Shown here piece after piece: positions 44,727-54,500 of a DNA stretch of 64,000 nt (positions within the stretch are counted from its first letter, which is position 1; each line of letters starts with the position of its first letter). Made by a program: the position numbers and the translations under genes. Below the pieces are notes generated by a model. The model was not told the DNA's origin. It did not search any database and saw only the letters and a program-made list of their open reading frames with translations. The DNA comes from Polyangiaceae bacterium (lineage in GTDB: Bacteria; Myxococcota_A; Polyangia; Polyangiales; Polyangiaceae): contig CBDCTZ010000011.1 of assembly GCA_965222375.1 (NCBI GenBank), forward strand, positions 512,001 through 576,000. Reading direction: 5' to 3'.

Positions 44727-44804
44727 GCCAGAGGCGCCCGGATCGGGCCAAGTTTGTGCCGGGTCGCACCGCGAAACGCCCCGAAATTCCCCACGCGCTG
44801 GCGG

Positions 44805-45674
44805 CTAGAGGTCGCTGAGGCGTCGCTTCAGGGTAGCGCCCAGTTGGCTCTGAACGAAGGCAAGCACCCGGTCACACTCCCCACGGGAAATGCTGGCAGC
44901 GGTCATGAGCTCCCGCTGCAGCGTGTGGAGCAGCTGAGAGCGTGCAGCTTGAACGTGGCGCGCGGCCGTCGCTCGGTGCACGTCATGTAGCGCTCCAAGT
45001 TGGTCGATGGTGAGTCCGTCAACGAAGTGTTGCTTGAGCAGCAGGCGCTCCTTGACCTCGAGCTTGCCCAACGCATCCGAGAACGCCTCGCGGAAGAGGT
45101 CTCGCGCTTCGGCCTTTGCCAGCAGTAGCTCCGGGTCGCCGTCGACGGCGTGCTGCTCGAGAACGCCCTCGTCTTCCATGGGGCGCCGGCTTCGAATCGT
45201 CTTGAGCCCGAGACGCACGAGAGTGATCCGAAGCCAGCCCCGAAGCTCTCCGCGCCCGCCATATTCGTGTAGCTTGGGGCGGCCTCCACTGCGGCCCACG
45301 AAGAGTTCTTCGCGAAATCGTTGTAGCGTGTCCTCCCGCTCGGACGGCTCTAACCTCAGTTTCGATAGCGCCGGCTCCAACTTGGCAATAGCGTCCTTCT
45401 CGAACCAATGCATCGCGCCTTCGTCACCCGCCAGGGCCGCCTCCACGACCCACACGTCCGAGGCGCGGTCAGCGGGAAGATCCTCCAGGGACAGCTTTCG
45501 CTGACCCAGGCCCCGGGCGAAGACGACGGCATCGAGCTGAATGCCCGGGTGGGCGGTTTGGGCTGCCTGAAGAGCGCCCTCGAAGGCTGCGCGCAAATCC
45601 CTCTCCGCCGACGGGCCACCCGTGGCGTCGGAAAAGGCATCCTCGTAAGCGCTCAGTTCCGCGTCTCGCGCCAT
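44805..45674 (-). CDS. myxobacterial ECF-type RNA polymerase sigma factor (TIGR03001-like)
   Basis: EYGGRGELRGWLRI; DPELL; ERLLLKQHFVDGLTIDQLGALHDVHRATAAR. Confidence 0.88.
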   Translation of the reverse strand: MARDAELSAYEDAFSDATGGPSAERDLRAAFEGALQAAQTAHPGIQLDAVVFARGLGQRKLSLEDLPADRASDVWVVEAALAGDEGAMHWFEKDAIAKLEPALSKLRLEPSEREDTLQRFREELFVGRSGGRPKLHEYGGRGELRGWLRITLVRLGLKTIRSRRPMEDEGVLEQHAVDGDPELLLAKAEARDLFREAFSDALGKLEVKERLLLKQHFVDGLTIDQLGALHDVHRATAARHVQAARSQLLHTLQRELMTAASISRGECDRVLAFVQSQLGATLKRRLSDL

Positions 45675-45706
45675 GGGTCGAGTGGAGCATACTTGGGGTC
45701 CGAGCG

Positions 45707-47200
45707 ATGATCGAGTCCGCTTCCAACTCTTGTCCGGACGCCTCCGAGCTGGATGCCTATGTAGGCGGCGGCGCGGACGACGAGTCTCGAGCTCAGCTGG
45801 ATGCGCATCTAGATGCTTGCGACGAGTGCCGGAAGGTCGTTTCGGCGCTGGTGGAGGAGCCCAAGGGCTCGTCAGACGCCTACGCGCCTACGGTCGAGTC
45901 TCAGCCGCCGCGCGGCACCGGCGAAGCGCTGTCTCCGGGGCAAGTGCTCTTGGGCAAGTACGAGGTCGAGACACTGCTCGGCGCTGGCGGCATGGGAGTG
46001 GTCGCGCGCGCGCGACACCGGGTGCTCGATCGACCCGTGGTGATCAAACTCCTCAAGGCACCGCACGCGTCCGACGAAGCCATTCGCCGCTTCTTGCGGG
46101 AGGCGCGAGCGGGCGCTGCCATCGATAGTGCCAACGTGGTGCGGGTCATCGACGCCGGGCTCTTGGACGAGCACCGCCCGTATTTGGTTCTCGAGCACCT
46201 GGAGGGGCGTGACCTCGCCGAAGAGCTCACTGCGCGCGGTGCGCTGCCTGTTGCGGAAGCGGTCGAGTTGGGGCTGCAATGCGCCGAGGCTCTGGCCTTG
46301 GCCCACGCACGGGGCATCGTGCACCGAGACATCAAGCCCGCTAATTTGTTTCTATCCACGGATAGCGAGGGTCACGCGCTGCTGAAGGTCTTGGACTTCG
46401 GCATTGCCAAGGCTCTGTCGGACTCGGACATTGCGACCCAAGATGCCGGCCTCACCGACAGCGCCTCGGTGATCGGTTCCCCGCGCTATATGTCGCCGGA
46501 ACAGCTCGAGGACAGTAGCGACGTGGATGAGCGGACGGACATTTGGTCGCTGGGAGCAGTGCTGTACGAGCTAGTTAGCGGACGCCCGGCCTTTGACGGG
46601 CCTAGTTTGCCCGTTTTGGCGACCAAGATTCTGACTCAGGCTCCGGCTCCGCTTCATGACATCGCGCCGCACGTTCCTAGTTCAGTCACGGCGGTGATCG
46701 AAAAATGCTTGGACAAGGACTTGAACAAGCGCTTTGGCACAGCTAGCGAGCTGGCCGATGCGCTGCTGCACGCGTCGGACTTGGATGACTCGGCTCGCGC
46801 GGCCCGAAACCGGCGCCTGAGCGGCGGAGAAACGCTGGTCTCGGGTGGTGCCGGCGCCGCCAGCGAGCGCAAACCAACTCCATGGCTTTGGGTCGCCCTC
46901 GCGGCGCTGCTCGCGCTGGTCGTCGTCGTGTTTTTGGTACGCCGCCCCCCGCCACAGCGGGCCCGGGCCCAAGATCTGGCGCCATCCCAAGCCCCGAGCG
47001 CGGCGATGGCAGCGCCGCCGAGTGCGCTGCAGCCCGCCGCGAAGGCGCCACTGTCGCCTAGCGCCGCCCCTCAGCCCTCCGTGCCGCCGGTTCCACGAGT
47101 ACAACGCCCCTCGCAGCGCCCGCCCACATCGGCTAAAGCTGCCAAACCCGCGGCAAGCGGCGTGAACGTGTACTCGGATGGGCTCTTGGATCGAAAATAG
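45707..47200 (+). CDS. Ser/Thr kinase with N-terminal zf-HC2 and a TM segment
   Basis: HLDACDEC; LGAGGMGVV; HRDIKPANL; DFG; YMSPEQ; TM WLWVALAALL. Confidence 0.95.
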   Translation: MIESASNSCPDASELDAYVGGGADDESRAQLDAHLDACDECRKVVSALVEEPKGSSDAYAPTVESQPPRGTGEALSPGQVLLGKYEVETLLGAGGMGVVARARHRVLDRPVVIKLLKAPHASDEAIRRFLREARAGAAIDSANVVRVIDAGLLDEHRPYLVLEHLEGRDLAEELTARGALPVAEAVELGLQCAEALALAHARGIVHRDIKPANLFLSTDSEGHALLKVLDFGIAKALSDSDIATQDAGLTDSASVIGSPRYMSPEQLEDSSDVDERTDIWSLGAVLYELVSGRPAFDGPSLPVLATKILTQAPAPLHDIAPHVPSSVTAVIEKCLDKDLNKRFGTASELADALLHASDLDDSARAARNRRLSGGETLVSGGAGAASERKPTPWLWVALAALLALVVVVFLVRRPPPQRARAQDLAPSQAPSAAMAAPPSALQPAAKAPLSPSAAPQPSVPPVPRVQRPSQRPPTSAKAAKPAASGVNVYSDGLLDRK

Positions 47201-48224
47201 GCACTGCCGCACCGTGGCACTGCTCTGCGCGCTGTCGCCGCTGCCGGCGCTCGGTGGCGAAGCGGAGCAGCGGCAGGCACAGTCGCTATTCGATCAAGCG
47301 CGCAAGTTGCTCGAGGCGGGTGACGCCGCGAAAGCCTGCCCACTATTCGCCGAGAGCCAGCGCCTGGACCCGGGTGGCGGCACGCTGTTGAACCTAGCCG
47401 TGTGCCACGAGAAGCAGGGGCGCTTCGCGACGGCCTACGCCGAGTACCAAGAGGCCCTGAGCATCTCTATTCGAGATGGCCGTTCCGATCGGGAAAACGT
47501 CGCTCGTGCTCGTGCCAAAGCCCTGGAGCCCAGATTGCCAAGGCTACAGGTGAAACTGGCGCACGACGTGGCTGGGGTCGTCTTCGAACTGGATGGTGCC
47601 AAGCTGACCCAGCTGGTTCGCGAAACGCCGACGGCAGTCGACCCAGGCAAGCACAAGCTGGTGGTCAGCGCGCCTGGTCACCGGAAGTACGTGACTGTTG
47701 TCGAGGCCGTTGAAGCGAAGCTCAGCGTTGTGAAAGTGCCCGCGTTGGAACCGATCGATGCGGCGCCTCCTTCCGCACCTGCGAGTGCTCCCGCGAAGCC
47801 GGCGGCCGCACCGCCCATGCCAACCTGCGGGGCTGGCACGCGACTGAAGGGAAGCCAGTGTGTGCCCGTTGCGAAAGAGTCGCGCCTGAGCACGGCTTCC
47901 TACGCGGTCGGTGGTACTGGCCTCGTATTGCTCGGTGTCTCCGCAGTCACCGGCATCCTTGCTCTCAGTGCCGACAGCGACGCAAAACAGGCCGCCGAAG
48001 ACGCCTGCGTTCCGAGCCGTGGCTTCTGCCCCAACGCGCCCTTGGCCCAACAGGCCCAGGATGACGCGGATCGCGCGCGCACCATGGCTTGGGTCAGCAC
48101 CGGAGCGCTGGTATTGGGAGCTGCGGCGTTGACGACGGCGTGGCTGCTGCCCCGCACCGAGGTCACCGCCGAAGTGGGCTTCACCCCCGGGGGTGCCACG
48201 TTGGGTGCATCCCACCGCTTCTAG
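47178..48224 (+). CDS. TPR/PEGA domain secreted protein
   Basis: ACPLFAESQRLDPGGGTLLNLAVCHE; VDPGKH. Confidence 0.85.
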   Translation: MGSWIENRHCRTVALLCALSPLPALGGEAEQRQAQSLFDQARKLLEAGDAAKACPLFAESQRLDPGGGTLLNLAVCHEKQGRFATAYAEYQEALSISIRDGRSDRENVARARAKALEPRLPRLQVKLAHDVAGVVFELDGAKLTQLVRETPTAVDPGKHKLVVSAPGHRKYVTVVEAVEAKLSVVKVPALEPIDAAPPSAPASAPAKPAAAPPMPTCGAGTRLKGSQCVPVAKESRLSTASYAVGGTGLVLLGVSAVTGILALSADSDAKQAAEDACVPSRGFCPNAPLAQQAQDDADRARTMAWVSTGALVLGAAALTTAWLLPRTEVTAEVGFTPGGATLGASHRF

Positions 48225-48225
48225 C

Positions 48226-48999
48226 TTAGAATGAACACGACGTAACCGACTTGCCGTTGTTGGGGCACGGCTGGGTTTGCGCCGTGCACTCGGCAACGGG
48301 TGTGCCCCACCAAGACTCGCAGATCTTCTTGCTGCAGACGCAGGTGCCGTAGCTGTTACTTGCGCAACAGTTGGGCAGGCTCGAGGTCGGTTGGCAGGAA
48401 CTCATCGGACCGCTCTGGACCAATCCACACTCGCATCCAAAGCTGTTCACCTCGCAGAACAGCGTCTTGCAGCGGCAGTTGCCCGACGCGGGCCAGGTTG
48501 CGTCGGCGCAGCAGAAGCCGTTGTTGATAGCGGTCTTGTCGCACACCGTGGTGTTTGAAGGGCCGCCGACAGTGCAGGAGCACGAGTTGAAATTGGTCGT
48601 GCAGTTGGTCACCACCGGTGGCGAAGAACTGTCTTTAGCATCGCTCGCGGCGTCGCTGGAGCCATCCGCTGCGCCGTCCGTAGAGCCGTCCAAGCCGCCG
48701 TCCACACCTGTCAGCCCGCACTGAGAGCTGCATGCGGAAAACGCGCAACTCTCCCAAACGCTGGCCTGATTGACAGCAGTGCAGTTGCCCAGAGCGCATT
48801 GGTCGATGCGCGTGGCGTCGCAGTTCGGGTCGACGCAACAGAAGTTGATGGGTCCTTGGCAATTGGCCACCAAGCACTGCCCGCAAGCAGTTTGCTCGCC
48901 TTGAATGCTGCACTTGCTGCCAAAAGTGTCCACGTCTTCCACGAGCAAGACGCAGCCTACGGGCAGAGCGAAACAGAGAGACAACAGCAGGCGCTTCAC
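48226..48999 (-). CDS. Cys-rich lipoprotein
   Basis: GTG start, KRLLLSLCFALPVGC; many Cys; DG.D linker. Confidence 0.8.
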   Translation of the reverse strand: MKRLLLSLCFALPVGCVLLVEDVDTFGSKCSIQGEQTACGQCLVANCQGPINFCCVDPNCDATRIDQCALGNCTAVNQASVWESCAFSACSSQCGLTGVDGGLDGSTDGAADGSSDAASDAKDSSSPPVVTNCTTNFNSCSCTVGGPSNTTVCDKTAINNGFCCADATWPASGNCRCKTLFCEVNSFGCECGLVQSGPMSSCQPTSSLPNCCASNSYGTCVCSKKICESWWGTPVAECTAQTQPCPNNGKSVTSCSF

Positions 49000-49037
49000 G
49001 GTGGTCCAAAGGGTTCTTGCCCTGCGCCGGGCAAGTT

Positions 49038-49053
49038 TGCAAGGCGCGTGCCC
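49038..49053 (-). promoter_or_regulatory. sigma-54 promoter
   Basis: GGGCACGCGCCTTGCA about 40 nt before the GTG at 48999. Confidence 0.6.
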
Positions 49054-49167
49054 TGAGTCTGCGAAGTTGCCCCGCAACAGCCGATGCGCGGCCGAACAGG
49101 AGGGCCGTGAAAGTGCCACAAGTCACGGACCCACGCTCCAGCCCACGCGTTCGGCACCTGGCGTGCC

Positions 49168-50340
49168 ATGCTAAACTCCGCGGCGATGTGGTTCCGGGGT
49201 TTGGCGGTGACGGGTCTGGGCGCGGCCATGGCATTCATGGCGTGCAGCTCCGACGAAGACGCGAAGACCGCCCCGGCCGCAGATTCCGGAGTGGGCGGCG
49301 GCAGCGGCGGTCTGGGCATTGCAGGCTCCGGTGGCGGTAAAGCCGGAGCCGCGGGCGCGGGTGGAACCGTCGCCACGGGCGGCAGTGCCGGCTCGCCGAG
49401 CGGCGGAGCCGGCGGCACGAATAGTGGCGGCGCGGCGGGCGCTGGTACGGGAGGCAGCGCCGGCGCGGGAACTGGTGGCGGAGCGGGTGCGGGAACCGGC
49501 GGCGCGTCCGCCAGCGTCACGTTGGTCGGCGCCGGCGACATTGCTAGTTGCGGTGCGCTCACGCTACTCGGCATCGATGGTCACCAGAACACTGCCGCCG
49601 TGATTCAGCAGTATCCGAGCACCACGCCGGTGTTCACTTCCGGAGACAACGCCTACCCGGATGGAACGGAGCTGAACTTCAGCCTTTGCTACGACATTTC
49701 CTGGGGTGCATTCAAATCCCGCACCTATCCGACTGCGGGCAACCACGACTACAACACCAAGGACGCTGAGCCCTACTTCAACTACTTTGGTTCCCGGGCG
49801 GGCCAAAAGGGCAAAGGCTACTACTCCTATGATCTTGGGGATTGGCACATCGTTGCCCTCAACAGCAACTGCGGAGACCTTGGACAGGCGTTCTGCGACG
49901 CGGCCTCCGCGCAGGTTGCATGGTTGAAGCAAGATCTCGCCGCGAACAAGAAGAAGTGCACTCTCGCGGTCTGGCACCATCCGGTGTTCACGTCCGACCA
50001 AGCTGCGGATAGCGCTTCGATGCGACCGATGTATCAGGTGCTATACGACGCGGGCGTCGATCTGGCCGTCGTTGGGCACTCGCATCATTACGAGCGTTTC
50101 CCAAAGCTGGACCCCATGGGCAAGCCCGATCCTGCTAAAGGAATTCGCCAATTGGTCGTGGGAACGGGGGGCGCCAAGTTGCGAAAGCCCGACCACCCGA
50201 CGCACCCGCAGAGCAAGCTCTTGGACTACTCCACCCACGGCATCATCGAGCTCAAGCTTCATTCAGCGGGCTATAGCTGGAAGTTCGTTCCCGTCGCAGG
50301 CAGCAGCTTCACGGACTCGGGCACGGAAGCCTGCCACTGA
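49168..50340 (+). CDS. metallophosphoesterase lipoprotein
   Basis: GAGDIA, GDNAY, GNHDY, WHHP, GHSHHYER. Confidence 0.92.
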   Translation: MLNSAAMWFRGLAVTGLGAAMAFMACSSDEDAKTAPAADSGVGGGSGGLGIAGSGGGKAGAAGAGGTVATGGSAGSPSGGAGGTNSGGAAGAGTGGSAGAGTGGGAGAGTGGASASVTLVGAGDIASCGALTLLGIDGHQNTAAVIQQYPSTTPVFTSGDNAYPDGTELNFSLCYDISWGAFKSRTYPTAGNHDYNTKDAEPYFNYFGSRAGQKGKGYYSYDLGDWHIVALNSNCGDLGQAFCDAASAQVAWLKQDLAANKKKCTLAVWHHPVFTSDQAADSASMRPMYQVLYDAGVDLAVVGHSHHYERFPKLDPMGKPDPAKGIRQLVVGTGGAKLRKPDHPTHPQSKLLDYSTHGIIELKLHSAGYSWKFVPVAGSSFTDSGTEACH

Positions 50341-50344
50341 CGGT

Positions 50345-51361
50345 TCAGCCGCCCAATTGGCGAGTCGACAGCACGGATACACGCACGCGCGGCGCTGAGC
50401 TCGCTCCGACGACCTTCGTGCCGAGAGTGGGCGATGGCGTCGGTCCGTCCATGATCGCGCGGGTGGATTCATCCCGCGCGACGTCCCGTGCCGAGCGCGA
50501 ACCTTGCCCCAGGGCCGCGCCGCGCTTGGTGCGCTCCGCACCCGCCCCAGGCTTGGCCTCCTGCCCGACCGCGACTTGAAGTCGCGTCAAGGTTCCCCGG
50601 CCGCTCCGCGTCTGGGGAAAACGTCGACCGCGCAGACTCGCCGCCATTCGACGCGCCACTCTGCCCCAAGCGCCAGCGTTGGAACCGAAACGGACGAGAG
50701 TCACTCCGGTGACCAGCCCTCGCGCGTCAGTGCGCACGTCGAAGACGGCGATCCCCCGTTTCGGACCCAGGGCCGATGCCGCTCGACTGGCCGCACTCGC
50801 AGCGGCTCCGGCTGGTCCGAGCCCCCGGCGCGCGTCCCGCTGTGCGAGCCCCTCTCGAAGCATGCCCACGGACGTGCGCGGCCGCCGCATGGTGTCTCGC
50901 CCGCGGGTTGAGAGCAGCAGGCTCGAGCGCGTCTTGCCACCAAGACCGAGGTCGACGGGAGGCCGGGTGGGCCGCACCAGCTCAGAAGTCGATGCTTCGG
51001 GTTCCATGCTCCCGGGGGCCGATCCCTTCGGAGTCGACGGCAGAGCGCTGCTGCTCTGGACCGTGCGCCGATGCGTGCTCGCGACGGCGTTGCCGGGCTG
51101 AGCCGCCTCCTCGCGTTGCCTGGGCGCAGCGGGCGCGGCGCTGCGATGCGGATGCAGCTTCGCTGCCGCGCGGGGCTGCCAGGTGGGAATCAATTCGATA
51201 GAGACATGGTGGTCGTCTGGCGTTGGGGTGCCGGGCGTGGGCGCTTCCGGCGCGCCAGCGCCGCGCACCGCTAGCAGCAGCCCCAAGTGCAGTACCGTCG
51301 CGACGACCGCAGCGATCCCGCCACGCCGCGTGTCGGCACTCGTGTTGGCCCGCCGCTCCAT
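50345..51361 (-). CDS. membrane-anchored Pro-rich protein, TonB-C-like
   Basis: TM with LHL motif, linker, AVFDVRTDARGLVTGV. Confidence 0.6.
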   Translation of the reverse strand: MERRANTSADTRRGGIAAVVATVLHLGLLLAVRGAGAPEAPTPGTPTPDDHHVSIELIPTWQPRAAAKLHPHRSAAPAAPRQREEAAQPGNAVASTHRRTVQSSSALPSTPKGSAPGSMEPEASTSELVRPTRPPVDLGLGGKTRSSLLLSTRGRDTMRRPRTSVGMLREGLAQRDARRGLGPAGAAASAASRAASALGPKRGIAVFDVRTDARGLVTGVTLVRFGSNAGAWGRVARRMAASLRGRRFPQTRSGRGTLTRLQVAVGQEAKPGAGAERTKRGAALGQGSRSARDVARDESTRAIMDGPTPSPTLGTKVVGASSAPRVRVSVLSTRQLGG

Positions 51362-51519
51362 GCTGGCCGGTATATCCCTTCAACCACGACGTTGCCAGTG
51401 CCCCGCGTGGGGCAGGGCGAGAGTAGTGTCCCAATGCCGCCGAGGGTCGCGACCCCCCCCAAAAAAAACAATGGAAGATAGAACCGGTCAGCGGACTTCG
51501 AGGCCGAGCGAAACGGCAC

Positions 51520-54500
51520 TCAGTTTCCGAGTACGTTGACGCTGCCCTGCGAAGTCGGCTGCTCGTTGTCGCCGATGGTCAGCAGGTTGCCGTAGCCCAG
51601 CTTGCCCGAGTCGCCGTTGCCCCAGCAGTACACGCGGTCCGACATCGGGGCGCAGGTGTGATTTGCGCCAGCTGAAAGCTCTAGCGGGAAGCCGCCGAGC
51701 GCGACGCCGTCCACCGATGCCGGGGACTCGTCGTCGCCGATGTGCACGTTGGTCCCGTAGCCAAGAGCCGCGGCCGGCGCGCCCCAGCAGCGAACCTCAC
51801 CACTGCTCAGTCTGGCGCAACTGTGTTCGCCACCCGCGGTGATGTCGACCGCGAGGCCACCGAGGCCGATGGGCGCGGCGGACACGGGCGTCTCATCGTC
51901 GCCCAGGGCAACCGTGTTGCCAGTGCCCAGCGCGCCGTACAGACCGAGCCCCCAGCAACGCACACTGCCATCGACCATCAATGCACAGGTGTGGTGGCCG
52001 CCAGCGGCGACCTTGGCGGCTGCACCGCCGAGCTGGACGTTGCCCGCGGCTGCGGGGTGTTCGTTGTCGCCGATGTTCTGCTTGTTGCCGTAGCCGAGTT
52101 GGCCATACAACCCGATCCCCCAGCAGCGCACGTTGCCATCGGCCATGAGTGCACAAGTGTGGAAGCGACCAGCACTGACCTGAGCGGCTGCGCCGCCGAG
52201 GTTCAAACTTCCGTAGGACGCTGGAGTTTCGTTGTCGCCGACGTTCTGGGTATTGGCGTAGCCCAGCCGACCGCCTTCACCGAGTCCCCAACAGCGGACC
52301 ATTCCGGAGCCGAGCAGCGCACAGGTGTGGTTCTGGCCAGCGTCGATCTCGATCACCGTGCCGCCCACAGTCACGTCGCCTGCGCTGGCTGGGTGCTCGT
52401 TGTCCCCGATGTTGTTGGTGGCGGCATAGCCGAGTTGGCCAAACCCTGCCGCTCCCCAACAGCGCACGGAGCCACTGGCCAGCAGCGCGCAGCTGTGGTG
52501 CTCGCCTGTGGTCAGCGCCACGGCGGCCGCGCCGAGGTTGACGCTGCCCGCCGTGAATGGAGCCTCGTTGTCGCCGATATTCAAGCTGTTGGCGTAGCCG
52601 AGTTGGCCGTGGCCACCCATGCCCCAGCAACGCACGGCACCAGAGTTGAGTCGAGCGCAGCTGTGCTGCCCACCCGCTTTGACCTCGACCACATAGCTGC
52701 TCATGGGCGTGCAGACCTGTCCGTTGCCCGTGTAGCCAACATTGCAGCCGCAGGCGTAGTCGCCATAGCCGTTGAGGCAAGTGGCGTTGGCGCTGCAATC
52801 GTCGGATTGAGCAGCACACTCGTCGACGTCCGCGCAGCTGATGCCGTCGCCGCCAAAACCTGCCCGGCAACTGCAGCTGTAGCTGCCGGCGGTATTGAGA
52901 CAGTCCGCCTCTTGGTGGCAGCTGTCTGTACCCTGAGTGCATTCGTCGACGTCGGTGCAGGTGTGCCCGCTGCCTTGATAGCCCGGCATGCACTCGCAGA
53001 TGTAACCATTCGGGAGATCCGTGCAGGTGGCGTTCAAGTCACAGCCGGCCATTCCGAGGGCGCATTCGTCCAATCCGGATACAGAGAGCGGTGTGCCTCC
53101 GATTGGGGTCTCGTCGTCCCCGATGTCGGTGGTGTTGCCCGCCCCGAGCTGGCCGAACTCGGCGTTGCCCCAACACAACACGGAGCCGTTCGAGAGCAGT
53201 GCGCAGGTGTGAGTCGAACCCGCGGCTACGTGACTGGCCGACTGTCCGAGCTGCACGTCGCCGGCGCTTGCGGGGTGCTCGTCATCACCGATGTTGTCTG
53301 TGTTGGCGTAGCCGAGTCGCCCCGAGTCGCCGTAGCCCCAGCAGCGCACAGCGCCGGTATTCAGCCGCGCGCAGGTGTGGAACAGGCCCGCCGTGATTTG
53401 CGCCGCCGAAGCGCCGAGCTGGATGTCGCCGGCGCTTTGGGGGTGCTCGTTGTCGCCGAGGTCTTCCTGGCTTGCGTAGCCGAGTTGGCCGACTGCGCCG
53501 TAGCCCCAGCAGCGCACCGCGCCGGTATTCAGTCGCGCGCAGGTATGGAACCAGCCCGTAGCAATTTCCGCGGCCGCAGCGCCGAGCTGCACGTCTCCGG
53601 CACTGGCCGGATGCTCGTCGTCGCCGATGTTGTCCAGGTGCGCGTAGCCCAGGGGCGCCCACATCCCGCGGCCCCAACAGCGCACGGCGCCCGTATTGAG
53701 GCGTGCGCAGGTGTGATCCCGGCCGGCGGCGATCTCGACGGCGACGCCGCCGACGTTCACGTCTCCAGCGCTCTTGGGTGTCTCGTCGTCGCCAATATCA
53801 TTGGTGTTCGCGTAGCCGAGTTGGCCATCCACCCCGAGGCCCCAGCAACGCACTTTGCCTCCGCCGAGCAGCGCGCAGGTGTGTTCGCCGCCCGCGGCAA
53901 GTTGCAGGACGCTGCCACCGATGTCGACATAGCCACTCGGCGTCTCGTCGTCGCCGATGTCGTCCTTGTGACCCATGCCCAGCTGACCGTGACCGTTGCG
54001 CCCCCAGCAGCGCACCTGCCCGCTCTGCAGCAGCACGCAGGTATGAGCCGCGCCCACTGCGAGCTGAGACACTGCGCCTCCAGTGTTCGCGATGCCCATC
54101 GAATCTGCGCTCTCGTTATCGCCGATATCGTCCGCGTGCCCGTAGCCGAGTTGGCCGAAGTTGTTGCGCCCCCAGCAGCGCACGCCGCCCGTATCGAGCA
54201 GGGCGCAAGTGTGATCGCCGCTGGTGTCGATCGCCACTACCGCGGTTGGAGGCAGCAAGCAGGTGCGACCGTCACCCGAATAGTCCGCGTTACAAGCGCA
54301 ATAGTAGCTGCCAACGGTGTTGGTACAGGTTGCGTTGGGGGAACAGTCGTCGGTGTTCGCCGCGCATTCGTCCGTGTCGGAGCAGCTGACGCCATTGCCT
54401 TCGTAGCCCGGGTTGCAGGCGCAACTGAAGGAACCCGGCGTGTTGGTGCAGGTCGCGTTGTCGCTGCAATTGTCGATGTTCAGGGCGCATTCGTCTTGGT

